Below are positions 32,594-42,001 of a stretch of 56,631 nucleotides of DNA, one piece after another. This stretch comes from an uncultured Pelagibacteraceae bacterium. GTDB taxonomy: Bacteria > Pseudomonadota > Alphaproteobacteria > Pelagibacterales > Pelagibacteraceae. The position numbers were made by a program, and so were the translations under genes. The stretch lies in assembly GCA_902528505.1 (NCBI GenBank), contig CABZSY010000001.1, positions 1 through 56,631 on the forward strand, given 5' to 3'. The notes beneath the pieces were generated by a model, which was not told where the DNA came from, did not search any database, and was given only the letters and a program-made list of their open reading frames with translations. Position 1 is the stretch's first letter. Each line of letters opens with the position of its first letter.

Positions 32594-33862
32594 TTAAGCC
32601 GCTGTAGTCTTATTTGACTTAGATTTACTGTCTCCTTTTGAATGAACCAAAATAGGTTGAGACTGACCTTTTGCAGCACTGGCATCAATAATTACTTCAT
32701 CAATATTGTCTTGGCTTGGTAAATCATACATTGTTTTTAACAAAATATTTTCTAAAATTGATCTTAATCCTCTTGCGCCAGTTTTTTTCTTAATTGCTTT
32801 TTGAGCTATCTCTTTCAGCGCGTTTTCTTTAAAAATTAATTTAGCTCCATCTAATTTAAATAATTCTTGATATTGTTTCGTTAAAGAATTTTTTGGCTCT
32901 TGTAATATCTTTATTAAAGATCCTTCATCTAGATCCTCAAGAGTAGCAATCATTGGTAATCTACCAATAAACTCTGGAATTAATCCAAACTTTAATAAAT
33001 CCTCTGGCTCAAGTCCTTTCATCCATTCACCAGTTTTCTTGTCCAGAGTGTTTTTTACATCAGCACCAAATCCAATTGAAGTTCCTTTGTCTCTTTGAGA
33101 AATAATTTTATCCAAACCAGCAAAAGCCCCACCACAAATAAATAGTATATTTGTTGTATCAACTTGTAAGAATTCTTGTTGAGGATGTTTTCTGCCACCT
33201 TGAGGAGGTACACTGGCAACTGTTCCCTCCATAATTTTTAATAAAGCTTGTTGCACACCTTCGCCAGATACATCTCTAGTGATTGAAGGATTTTCTGATT
33301 TTCTACTAATTTTATCTACTTCATCAATATAGACAATACCTCTTTGAGCTTTTTCCACATTGTAATCAGAAGCTTGAAGTAATTTCAAGATAATATTTTC
33401 AACATCTTCACCAACATAACCAGCTTCAGTCAATGTAGTTGCATCTGCCATTGTGAATGGAACATCTAAAATTCTTGCTAGCGTTTGTGCCAATAAAGTT
33501 TTACCACAACCCGTTGGGCCTACTAAGAGTATGTTTGATTTAGATAGCTCAACACTTTTACTTGTCTTGCTCTCATAGTTTAATCTTTTATAATGATTAT
33601 GAACTGCTACAGATAAAACTTTTTTTGCGTGTGCTTGTCCGATTACATAATCATCTAGAACAGTACAAATTTCTTTTGGTGAGGGAAGACCATCTTGGTG
33701 TTTAACAAAAGTATCTTTGCTTTCTTCTTTAATGATGTCCATACACAGCTCAACACACTCATCGCAAATGAACACTGTTGGTCCAGCAATCAATTTCCTA
33801 ACTTCGTGTTGACTCTTCCCACAGAAAGAGCAGTAAAGAATATTTTTATTATTTGTTGTCAT
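32594..33862 (-). CDS. clpX: ATP-dependent Clp protease ATP-binding subunit
   Basis: CSFC...CDEC zinc finger, [19 protein letters not shown] loop. Confidence 0.98.
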   Translation of the reverse strand: MTTNNKNILYCSFCGKSQHEVRKLIAGPTVFICDECVELCMDIIKEESKDTFVKHQDGLPSPKEICTVLDDYVIGQAHAKKVLSVAVHNHYKRLNYESKTSKSVELSKSNILLVGPTGCGKTLLAQTLARILDVPFTMADATTLTEAGYVGEDVENIILKLLQASDYNVEKAQRGIVYIDEVDKISRKSENPSITRDVSGEGVQQALLKIMEGTVASVPPQGGRKHPQQEFLQVDTTNILFICGGAFAGLDKIISQRDKGTSIGFGADVKNTLDKKTGEWMKGLEPEDLLKFGLIPEFIGRLPMIATLEDLDEGSLIKILQEPKNSLTKQYQELFKLDGAKLIFKENALKEIAQKAIKKKTGARGLRSILENILLKTMYDLPSQDNIDEVIIDASAAKGQSQPILVHSKGDSKSKSNKTTAA

Positions 33863-33948
33863 AATCTAAAACGAATCAATTTTAGTACTTTATTATAGAT
33901 GACTCCTAATAATCAAGTTTGCATTTATATAAATCAATATATTGTGTA

Positions 33949-34560
33949 TTAAGATCTTTTTTCTACCACTTCGTCAATTAGACCAAAGGACTTTGCTACA
34001 TCGGCTGTCATGAAATTATCTCTTTCAAGAGCAGATTTGACTTCATCAACACTTTTTCCAGTGTGTTTAGAATAAATTTCATTTAATCTTTTTTTCAAAG
34101 ATAAAACCTCATTAGCATGTATCTCAATATCAGTTGCTTGACCTTGAAAACCAGCTGAAGGTTGGTGAACCATTATTCTTGAATTTGGTAATGAGAATCT
34201 TTTTCCTTTAGTTCCAGCTGATAGCAAAAATGATCCCATCGATGCAGCTTGTCCTATACATAAAGTTGAGATAGCAGGTTTTACATATTGCATGGTATCA
34301 TAAATACCTAGTCCAGCTGTTACTAAACCTCCAGGACTATTGATATATAAATAAATTTCTTTTTTAGGATCTTCTGCTTCTAGAAAGAGTAATTGAGCTG
34401 TAACTAATGAAGCTACGTTATCATTGATTTGACCTGTTAAAAAAATTATTCTCTCTTTTAAAAGTCTTGAATAAATATCGTATGCTCTCTCTCCCTTACT
34501 GGATTGTTCAACAACCATAGGAACTAAGTTACTCAAATACTCAGATAATTTTGTTGTCAT
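33949..34560 (-). CDS. clpP: ATP-dependent Clp protease proteolytic subunit
   Basis: [32 protein letters not shown]. Confidence 0.98.
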   Translation of the reverse strand: MTTKLSEYLSNLVPMVVEQSSKGERAYDIYSRLLKERIIFLTGQINDNVASLVTAQLLFLEAEDPKKEIYLYINSPGGLVTAGLGIYDTMQYVKPAISTLCIGQAASMGSFLLSAGTKGKRFSLPNSRIMVHQPSAGFQGQATDIEIHANEVLSLKKRLNEIYSKHTGKSVDEVKSALERDNFMTADVAKSFGLIDEVVEKRS

Positions 34561-34592
34561 AATTGATTCGAACTCATTTATACAACTTGAGA

Positions 34593-36017
34593 TTACTTTT
34601 TGCTAACTTTTTTTATTTTTTTAGTAGCTGGCTTTGATTTTGCTGTTTTTGTTGATGGTTTTTTTTCTTTAGTAGTTTTTACCTCAGATTTTGGCTTATT
34701 ATCTTTTTTTTCCTGATCATGATTATGGTCATGTGCTGCTTTTAAAATTTTTTCAGCTTCAGATTTTGAAATTTCTTTTTTATTCGCTTTGCCTTTTTCT
34801 TTAATTAAATTTAGAATTTTTTGCTCGTATACTGTTCCTCTCAAGCTAGCTACAGCAGATGGGTTTTTTTGATAAAAATCCATTACCATCTTTTCTTGTC
34901 CTGGCATCATCCTGAGTTGTTTTTGAACTTCATTCTGAATTTCAACTTCACTTACTTTAATTTGATTTTTTTCTCCAAATTCATTTAGAATTAAACCAGT
35001 TTTAATTCGATTTTTAGCTTTTTCCTCAAAAGTTTTCTTATTTTTTTTTGCTTCTTCATCTGGCATTCCTTGTGAAAGAATCTTAACTTCTTCATCGACA
35101 AGATTTTCAGGAAGTTCGTCAACTTTAATCTTTTCAATTTCTTTTAGAATTTGATTTTTTGATAATTGATCTAGTGAGTTTTTGTACTCATCATTAATTT
35201 GTCTTGAAATTAAACTTTTAAGATCCTTTAAATCTTTAGCGCCTAAATTTTTGGCAAAATTGTCATCAATTTTAACTTCCTCTGATTGTTTTACATTTAA
35301 AATTTTACACTTAAACTTAGCTTTTTTATTTACCAATTCTTTTTCTGGAAAATTCTCAGGCAATATAGCTTCAACTACTTTTTCATCATCTTTCTTTACT
35401 CCAATTAACTGCTTATCAAATCCTTTTAGAAATAAATCTTTTCCTAGAGTTAATTGAGTATTTTTTCCTTCATTCCCTTTAAATTCTTTATTATCTACTG
35501 TTGCTTTGTAATCTAAAGTAACTAGATCACCCTCTTTAGCTTTTGTTTCAGGTTTTGTATCTTTAAAATTTGGTTGGTTTTTTGCTATTTCTTTAATTCT
35601 TTTATCAGTTTCGCTATTATCTATCTTAACTACGTATTGATCAAATTTTATATTTTCTAATGATTTAATATCAACCTTAGGTAATTCTGTAACTGATAAT
35701 ACATATTCTAGCTCCTTATCTTCTCCATAAGTTTTTAGATCTAATTTTGGTTGACCAGCTGGTTTTATTTTATTTTCTTCTAGAGCTTTTGTTGAAGTAT
35801 CTTTTAAAACTTTATCTAAAACTTCTCCAAATACAGCTTTACCAAATTGCCTTTTTAAAACTTCTTTTGGGACTTTTCCTGGTCGAAAACCTTTCAGGTT
35901 TACAGTCCCTTTAATCTCTTCATATTTCTCGTTCATATAAGAGTTCATGGTCTCTTTATCGATTAAAATTTTGAGATCTTTATTTAAACCTTTTTTATTT
36001 TCTATTGTGACTTTCAT
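34593..36017 (-). CDS. tig: Trigger factor
   Basis: GFRPGKVP ribosome-binding motif, FKBP-like domain, position before clpP. Confidence 0.96.
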   Translation of the reverse strand: MKVTIENKKGLNKDLKILIDKETMNSYMNEKYEEIKGTVNLKGFRPGKVPKEVLKRQFGKAVFGEVLDKVLKDTSTKALEENKIKPAGQPKLDLKTYGEDKELEYVLSVTELPKVDIKSLENIKFDQYVVKIDNSETDKRIKEIAKNQPNFKDTKPETKAKEGDLVTLDYKATVDNKEFKGNEGKNTQLTLGKDLFLKGFDKQLIGVKKDDEKVVEAILPENFPEKELVNKKAKFKCKILNVKQSEEVKIDDNFAKNLGAKDLKDLKSLISRQINDEYKNSLDQLSKNQILKEIEKIKVDELPENLVDEEVKILSQGMPDEEAKKNKKTFEEKAKNRIKTGLILNEFGEKNQIKVSEVEIQNEVQKQLRMMPGQEKMVMDFYQKNPSAVASLRGTVYEQKILNLIKEKGKANKKEISKSEAEKILKAAHDHNHDQEKKDNKPKSEVKTTKEKKPSTKTAKSKPATKKIKKVSKK

Positions 36018-36027
36018 AATATTTTAA

Positions 36028-36112
36028 TGGTAGGGCGAAAAGGACTCGAACCTTCACATGTTGCCATATTGGTTCCTAAGACCAACGCGTCTACCAATTC
36101 CGCCATCGCCCC
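36028..36112 (-). tRNA. tRNA-Leu (TAG)
   Basis: 85 nt with long variable arm; acceptor GGGGCGA/UCGCCCU; anticodon arm UUGGU-CUUAGGA-ACCAA; encoded CCA. Confidence 0.98.
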
Positions 36113-36212
36113 ACAAATTACGAGGTTTTATATATTATTGAAACTATTTGTCCAATGACAAATGCTAAAAAATTATCTATTTATCTTATTAATTTTATAT
36201 TACTTTTAAATA

Positions 36213-36465
36213 ATGATTATTTCACCTTGCATAAGCATTTGTAAAACAGATCCTTCAACGGGGTATTGTTATGGATGTGGAAGAAGCAATGAAGAAAAGA
36301 AAACATGGAAAAAAGAAGATACGTCTGATGATTGGAAAAAAAAACAATCTAGAAGCGATTAAAAAAAGATTATCTGGCTGGCAACTTGAAAGCTTCCATG
36401 AGTCTTATGAATATAAGATAAATAATGGAGTATCTTTATTTAAGAAAAATCAAATTAAAGAATAA
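36213..36465 (+). pseudogene. DUF1289-family Cys-rich protein, split by a +1 frameshift at an A9 run
   Basis: ATG 36213 gives MIISPCISICKTDPSTGYCYGCGRSNEEKKTW (SPCxxxC...CxGCxR...W), stopping at 36362. Deleting one A from 36336-36344 continues into NNLEAIKKRLSGWQLESF...IKE (83 aa). Confidence 0.75.
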
Positions 36466-36473
36466 AGATCTAT

Positions 36474-36647
36474 ATGAGTAAAGTTAAATTAATTAGTATT
36501 ATTTATGCTATCGGAATAATAATTGGTGCTCTTTTTCTCGAGGTCTGGGCTGCAGAGACATCATTTATTAAAACTATTGGTGTTTTTATATGGACAATCA
36601 TATTTTTAATTGCGTTATTTTTTGCTGATAAAAATGAAAAAGAATAA
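36474..36647 (+). CDS. 57-aa two-TM hypothetical membrane protein
   Basis: Hand-translated MSKVKLISIIYAIGIIIGALFLEVWAAETSFIKTIGVFIWTIIFLIALFFADKNEKE; fills the gap between co-oriented neighbours. Confidence 0.75.
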   Translation: MSKVKLISIIYAIGIIIGALFLEVWAAETSFIKTIGVFIWTIIFLIALFFADKNEKE

Positions 36648-37065
36648 TTTAAAAAAATTTTTTTTTGTAATTGCTACTTTAATATTTAGTTTCACTGAGT
36701 CTTATTCAGAAATAATTGTATTAAGTAAGTGTGATCATAAAGAAGATGTTTTTTTGAAAAATGAATACATCTTAAATCTTAATGAATCACTTATGACTAG
36801 AAATTATGTTTACAATGAAAAAACTTATCAAAAATATAAAATAACTGATCTTAGTATTAAAAAATCAAACACCTACGTAAGAAATATTTACGAAGAAAAT
36901 GGCAAAATTTTTACTCTAAAGCATGGATATCCTCAGTTCTATACTCAAATATTATTTTACAAAGAAAAACCAGAAATATTTATGAAGTCAGTTTTAAATG
37001 ATATTGAGGGTATTTCAAAAATATCAACTTGTAAAAAAATTGAGAAATTTGATCAACAAAGTTAA
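36634..37065 (+). CDS. Hypothetical exported protein
   Basis: Start set to ATG 36634 (MKKNNLKKFFFVIATLIFSFTESYS, signal-peptide-like); two Cys near the termini of the mature part. Confidence 0.75.
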   Translation: MKKNNLKKFFFVIATLIFSFTESYSEIIVLSKCDHKEDVFLKNEYILNLNESLMTRNYVYNEKTYQKYKITDLSIKKSNTYVRNIYEENGKIFTLKHGYPQFYTQILFYKEKPEIFMKSVLNDIEGISKISTCKKIEKFDQQS

Positions 37066-37199
37066 TCTTTCAATTTATCTTTATTTTTTTTATTTATTGT
37101 ATTTTTTTTCTTTAAGTTAAATCTACTATTAGTGATGTTGGATCTATGTTTTGCAAATGCTTGCTTTTGTGCTTGTCGCATTGCTCTTTTAGAGGACAT
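37062..37199 (-). CDS. 45-aa highly basic microprotein
   Basis: Hand-translated MSSKRAMRQAQKQAFAKHRSNITNSRFNLKKKNTINKKNKDKLKD; starts 9 nt after the upstream stop; its stop shares TTAA with the convergent gene. Confidence 0.6.
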   Translation of the reverse strand: MSSKRAMRQAQKQAFAKHRSNITNSRFNLKKKNTINKKNKDKLKD

Positions 37200-37208
37200 A
37201 AAATTAAC

Positions 37209-37766
37209 TTAATACTCTATTTCTAAAGTATCAATGATTTTAAAATTTTTATTTGAAATTACTATTTCTCCTGAAGAGGAGGGGTAATCTAATATCTCAG
37301 AAATTACAACATAATGAGTTACAAAAATTAAATTAGTTTTTTCGTCCCAATCTAATAAAAATTTTTGGAAATCTCTCATTTGTGAATTTTTATTTTGTGC
37401 AAATTTTGAACTGAAAAAAGAGTTCAAAAAACTTTTTGTTTTAAAATTTTTAAAAGCTAAAGAAGCAGTTTCTTTGCACCTACACCATTCACTAGTATAC
37501 ACATTTTCTATTTTAATCTTATTTTCTGTAAAAAAATTACCAATTTTTCTCGACTGTGTTCTACCACTTTCGCTGAGATTTCTTTGAGTTGAGCAATCAT
37601 ATATATTAAAATTTTCAGGATCTCCGCCACCAGGTGCATAAGCATGTCTAATAAATATTAAATTCCCTCCTATTTTTAAGTTTTCAATTATGTTTTTTTT
37701 TGAATCTGCTTTAACAAGCGTGGTTAAAGATATAAATAATATTAAAATAATTTTTAAAAATTTCAT
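37209..37766 (-). CDS. Exported histidine phosphatase family protein
   Basis: Signal peptide; FIRHA, SEWCRCKETA and VTH motifs. Confidence 0.85.
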   Translation of the reverse strand: MKFLKIILILFISLTTLVKADSKKNIIENLKIGGNLIFIRHAYAPGGGDPENFNIYDCSTQRNLSESGRTQSRKIGNFFTENKIKIENVYTSEWCRCKETASLAFKNFKTKSFLNSFFSSKFAQNKNSQMRDFQKFLLDWDEKTNLIFVTHYVVISEILDYPSSSGEIVISNKNFKIIDTLEIEY

Positions 37767-37768
37767 TA

Positions 37769-38455
37769 ATGAATATTAAATTTAAAAAGTTAAATAAAAC
37801 AATTATAAATTGCAATGATTGTCCAAGATTAGTCAATTTTATTAAGAAAATTTCTACTGAAAAAAGAAAACAAAATATTAATGATACCTATTGGGGTAAA
37901 CCTGTTACAGGATTTGGTAAATCAAGTTCAAAACTACTTATTTTAGGCTTGGCACCTGCAGCACATGGAGGGACAAGAACAGGTAGACCTTTCACAGGTG
38001 ACAAATCAAGTGATTTTTTATTTAAATGTTTACATAAAACAAATATATCTAATCAACCACATTCTCTAAATTTAAAAGACGGTCTAAAATTAAAATCTAC
38101 CTATATCACTAATATTTTAAAGTGTGTTCCACCAGGAGATAAGCCAAATAAAGAGGAATTAAATAATTGTTCAAAATACTTTAGTTCTGAGCTATCAAAT
38201 TTAAGAAGTTTAAAAACAATTGTAGCACTTGGTAAAGTAGCTTTTGATAATTGTATTAAATTTTACAAAAAAAATTATAACTTTTCAAAAAAATTAAAAT
38301 TTGCACATGGTAAGATCTATCAATTGCCAAATAATATAAATTTAATTTCTAGCTATCATCCAAGTCCAAGAAATGTAAACACTAAACTAATTTCAGAAAA
38401 AATGATGATTAAGTTATTTAACAAAGCAAAAAAAATGTCTGCTATTAAAAGTTAG
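37769..38455 (+). CDS. udgB: Uracil-DNA glycosylase, family 5 (UdgB-like, Fe-S)
   Basis: CNDCPRL, GLAPAAHGGTRTGRPFTGD, KCVPPGDKP, YHPSPRN. Confidence 0.88.
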   Translation: MNIKFKKLNKTIINCNDCPRLVNFIKKISTEKRKQNINDTYWGKPVTGFGKSSSKLLILGLAPAAHGGTRTGRPFTGDKSSDFLFKCLHKTNISNQPHSLNLKDGLKLKSTYITNILKCVPPGDKPNKEELNNCSKYFSSELSNLRSLKTIVALGKVAFDNCIKFYKKNYNFSKKLKFAHGKIYQLPNNINLISSYHPSPRNVNTKLISEKMMIKLFNKAKKMSAIKS

Positions 38456-38858
38456 AATTATAAGGTTTAAACTTGTCTACAACCAATTTTGGAATTTTTA
38501 TAGGCTTAGCTTTTTCATTTACAAAAACTAAGTGTATTTTGGCCTCAACTATTACTATCTTGTTTTTAACAATTGTTTGGCTCATAACAAATGATGTCTT
38601 TGTAAAAGAAAGTATATAAGATTTTATATTTAGCTCGTCTTCTAAATAAGCCGATTTTTTATAATCAATGTTACACGATTTGACTATTATTAAAGCTTTA
38701 AAATTGTCTCTGATCTTAAGATTGCTTAGACCAATTTTGATCAAAGCCTCTGTTCTAGCCCTTTCAAGATATTTAAGATAATTTGCATAATATACTACAC
38801 CCCCCGCGTCAGTATCTTCATAATAAACCTTAATCTTATGATTAAATTTTTTAGTCAT
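38445..38858 (-). CDS. ybgC: YbgC/FadM-family acyl-CoA thioesterase
   Basis: VYYEDTDAGGVVYYANYLKYLERARTE. Confidence 0.88.
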   Translation of the reverse strand: MTKKFNHKIKVYYEDTDAGGVVYYANYLKYLERARTEALIKIGLSNLKIRDNFKALIIVKSCNIDYKKSAYLEDELNIKSYILSFTKTSFVMSQTIVKNKIVIVEAKIHLVFVNEKAKPIKIPKLVVDKFKPYNSNF

Positions 38859-38916
38859 ATTAATATATTATCAAAAATTTTTACAATTAAATAGAAACTA
38901 TGTTGTGAGTTCATCA

Positions 38917-39057
38917 ATGAAAATTTATATAATATGGTTAATTGGTGTAATTATTTGAAACTTTGGCTTCACAAATGCGATTCCATTAGCAGATGTTATA
39001 GTAGCTATTTTATTATCTTTTCTAAGTTTAAATTTAAATAAATATTTGAACTTTTAA
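38917..39057 (+). pseudogene. Small two-TM membrane protein gene with an in-frame TGA at codon 14
   Basis: MKIYIIWLIGVII*NFGFTNAIPLADVIVAILLSFLSLNLNKYLNF; frame stays open and hydrophobic past TGA (38956-38958) and ends in a TTAA shared with the convergent gene. Confidence 0.55.
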
Positions 39058-39704
39058 TTTTCTGAAAAATAAATATTTTGAAAATAAGAAATTGATTTCA
39101 TTTTTGAATTATCTGTATCAGCCATTATTGCTAGACCATCAAGCTCATCAACATCTAGATCATGAAATCTTTTAAAATCTTCTTTAACATTTGCTTTTAC
39201 TGTAACCCATTCATTAAAATTGTTTTTGGTAGAAGCCAATACATTGTCTATTGATTTTTTAGTGTAAGGACTAGGCCAATTTTCACCTACTTCATTATTG
39301 CTAGAAAAAATATAATTAATTGCTCTATTTGATAAAGGTGTAGCCCCAGTTTTTTTAATTGCAAAAACACGAGCTGCAAAATCATGCCCTTTTTTGGTAT
39401 TCTCTTTAATTCCTTTTAAATCCTTCTCTATTTTCCATGTAATATTAATATAGGGGGTTTTCTTAAGGTTGATTTTGATCTCTTTACCAAGACCTGAGGC
39501 AGCATTATCTGCAATAGCTGATAAAAAATTACCATTCTCGTTTGAGCCAACAGAGTAATTAGTTCTATTGTCTGCACCTCTTACTTTACGTACTTCTAGT
39601 TCTGTAAGCTCTTTTTCAGTGAACTCAAAAATTCTTATGTTCTCAGCAGCTGCAGAACCAAATAAAAATATAGAAGTAATAATAATATTGAAAATTTTTA
39701 ACAT
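39054..39704 (-). CDS. DUF3047-family exported protein
   Basis: Signal peptide; ENTKKGHDFAARVF, AINYIFSS, LAIMADTDNS motifs. Confidence 0.8.
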   Translation of the reverse strand: MLKIFNIIITSIFLFGSAAAENIRIFEFTEKELTELEVRKVRGADNRTNYSVGSNENGNFLSAIADNAASGLGKEIKINLKKTPYINITWKIEKDLKGIKENTKKGHDFAARVFAIKKTGATPLSNRAINYIFSSNNEVGENWPSPYTKKSIDNVLASTKNNFNEWVTVKANVKEDFKRFHDLDVDELDGLAIMADTDNSKMKSISYFQNIYFSEN

Positions 39705-39766
39705 ATCTTTCTTATAGATAAATTATTTTTTAATTCAACAATCTGTAAGATTTATAAATTATTAAT

Positions 39767-40513
39767 TTAATAGGTAGATCTTCCTCCACTTATGTCAAAA
39801 ACAGCAGCAGTCGAAAAAGTATTCTCTTGTGACGAAAGCCAACAAACTAGTGAAGTAAACTCATGTATCTCAAGGAATCTTCCTCTTGGAACTTTGGAAA
39901 GCATTCTTTGAACATGTTCTTTGCTCATTTGATCTAAAATTCTAGTTTTGGCTCCTGCTGGCGTTACAGCATTTACAGCAATATCTTTGTCTGCTAATTC
40001 CTTGCCTAATGCTTTAGTGAGACCAATAGCACCCGCTTTTCCTGAACTATAGGCACTAGCATTTGCATTGCCGTCCTTACCTGCAACTGATGCAACATTA
40101 ACTATTCTACCATAATTATTCTTAATCATATTTGGCACAATTGCCCTGCAGCAATTAAATGTGCCCATTAAATTAATTTGAACTATTTTATTCCACATTT
40201 CTACATCATACTTCCAAAGAGGGTCCGTTGGACCCGTAATTCCTGCATTGTTAATTAAAATATCAATGTTATTTTTACTGGTTATCTCGCCAACAAATTT
40301 TTCGACTTCAGCATACTTTGAAACATCAACTACATGATAATTTAAATTTGGATTTTTGATTTCATCTATTGTTTTTTTTAGAATATTTTCATCTATATCC
40401 CAAATAAAGACATTACATCTAGATTCTAGAAATCTTTTAGCAATATCTAATCCAAAACCTTGGGCCCCCCCAGTTATAACTGCTGTTTGATTTTCAAAAT
40501 CAAATTTATGCAT
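39767..40513 (-). CDS. Short-chain dehydrogenase/reductase, substrate unknown
   Basis: TGGAQGFG, NNAGITG, YSSGK catalytic motif, DISGGR. Confidence 0.9.
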   Translation of the reverse strand: MHKFDFENQTAVITGGAQGFGLDIAKRFLESRCNVFIWDIDENILKKTIDEIKNPNLNYHVVDVSKYAEVEKFVGEITSKNNIDILINNAGITGPTDPLWKYDVEMWNKIVQINLMGTFNCCRAIVPNMIKNNYGRIVNVASVAGKDGNANASAYSSGKAGAIGLTKALGKELADKDIAVNAVTPAGAKTRILDQMSKEHVQRMLSKVPRGRFLEIHEFTSLVCWLSSQENTFSTAAVFDISGGRSTY

Positions 40514-40518
40514 ATAGA

Positions 40519-41976
40519 TTATTTTTTAGCTAGCAAATAATACGATAACCAAGAAATAAATGCACCTATAATCCATGCATATGATTGTAAAAACATTAAA
40601 TTAGTATTCCATATAGTTGAGGCAGAAAAAATAAAACCTAATATTATTGAGTAAGTACCTTTAATGTGCCAACCTTTTGAATAATAATAAGCACTTTGAT
40701 TTTCAATCGAATACAGGTCTTTATTACTTAAAGTTTGATTTTTTATTAAATAGTAATCGGCAATAATAACACCAAATAAGGGCCCGAAAAAACAACTGAA
40801 TGTATCTAGAAAAGATAAAATTCCAATTTGACTTAGAATAGTTAGCCAAAAAATCCCAACAATTAATCCTAAAAAGGAAATTATATAACTTGCACTTTTT
40901 AAATTTAGTTTATTTGGAAGAAAATTAATAAGTGAGTATTGAGAAGGAATATAATTTGCTACTAAATTAGTTGATGCTGAAGCAATTATTATAAAGAATA
41001 GAACTACTATTGTAATTTGGAGATTATCAAATTTACCAATTATATCGGTTGGATTTGTAAAAATTCTATCCAAATCCTGGAATTTTTGATTCAAAAAAAC
41101 ATCGGACCCAACAACAATAGCAATAGAAAAAAATGAAAAAATTATTAAGTTTAAAATTAAGCCTAAGTTTCCTTTAGTTAGGTCTCCCTCATTATTTACA
41201 TATCTTGTAAAATCTCCAAAACTTACAATCACAATTGAAAAATAAGCAAAAATAGTGCCTGCAACAGTTATTAATGGCAAAATATTATTTTGATTTAAAA
41301 AATTCTCAAAGTTTAAAATATTAGAAAATGCTTGAGTGGTAGTTTTAACATCACTCAAAAAGACAGTTAAGAAGAATATTATCATTCCTGCATAGACTAT
41401 TATTGCTGAATAATTAATTATTTTTTTATTATATTGAATACCGATACTAAACAGCATTGTTTGAAAAATGATTACTAATAAAATTGAGATCCAATCAATT
41501 ATATTTAATCCCAATAAAAAAGTTAAGAAAATTTCTTGATCTAGCAAAGTGTTGTCTATTGAAAAGATAAGTATTCTAATAAGGTATACAACTAACTTTG
41601 ATAAAAAATATGTTTGAATACCAAAAAGAAAAATTCCAACTAAACTTCTTAATAATCCAAAAAACTTTGCACCATTAATACCTAAAGATGATCTTAAAAG
41701 AACTCCAAAAGGTAGTCCAAATTTTTGAGAAGGTTTTCCTATTAAATTACAAAAAATATAAACTAAAAAAGATCCTAAAATAGTACCAAAAAATACAACG
41801 AAAGTATTAAGGCTATAGATTATATATAAAGAAGCAATCAAAGAAAAACCAATTACACTCTGTATATTTACTCCCCAAAAGCAAAAAAGATCTTTCCAAT
41901 TCCAAGTTTTGTAATTTGGATTTACAGTAACAAGATCCCAATTTGAAAGAGAATATTTAACTTTTGGCTGATTCAC
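40519..41976 (-). CDS. NCS1 (nucleobase:cation symporter-1) family permease
   Basis: Multi-TM; N-terminal DLxxV...TW...FW, LRSSLG, GDFTRY, STNLVAN, GVIIADYY. Confidence 0.85.
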   Translation of the reverse strand: MNQPKVKYSLSNWDLVTVNPNYKTWNWKDLFCFWGVNIQSVIGFSLIASLYIIYSLNTFVVFFGTILGSFLVYIFCNLIGKPSQKFGLPFGVLLRSSLGINGAKFFGLLRSLVGIFLFGIQTYFLSKLVVYLIRILIFSIDNTLLDQEIFLTFLLGLNIIDWISILLVIIFQTMLFSIGIQYNKKIINYSAIIVYAGMIIFFLTVFLSDVKTTTQAFSNILNFENFLNQNNILPLITVAGTIFAYFSIVIVSFGDFTRYVNNEGDLTKGNLGLILNLIIFSFFSIAIVVGSDVFLNQKFQDLDRIFTNPTDIIGKFDNLQITIVVLFFIIIASASTNLVANYIPSQYSLINFLPNKLNLKSASYIISFLGLIVGIFWLTILSQIGILSFLDTFSCFFGPLFGVIIADYYLIKNQTLSNKDLYSIENQSAYYYSKGWHIKGTYSIILGFIFSASTIWNTNLMFLQSYAWIIGAFISWLSYYLLAKK

Positions 41977-42001
41977 TGGATTTATTTTAAACTAATAAAT
42001 T

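Noticed and set aside
1775-35457. Numerous 60-150 aa plus-strand ORFs opposite housekeeping genes (e.g. 4535-4975, 10166-10486, 30606-30944, 31929-32384)
   Set aside because: Antisense shadows of well-conserved genes, with no motifs of their own
36271-36465. 64-aa ORF MDVEEAMKK... as an independent gene
   Set aside because: Its first third is an off-frame reading of the DUF1289 N-terminus; only the part after the A9 run appears to be real coding
38956-38958. TGA recoding (Trp genetic code or selenocysteine)
   Set aside because: TGA is used as a true stop elsewhere (e.g. cdsA at 2247-2249, overlapping the dxr ATG), Trp is encoded by TGG in other genes, and no SECIS-like hairpin is evident
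36113-39057. tRNA-Leu-anchored genomic island or prophage remnant
   Set aside because: The small-gene patch lies on the 5' side of the tRNA; no integrase, no duplicated tRNA 3' end and no phage genes were seen
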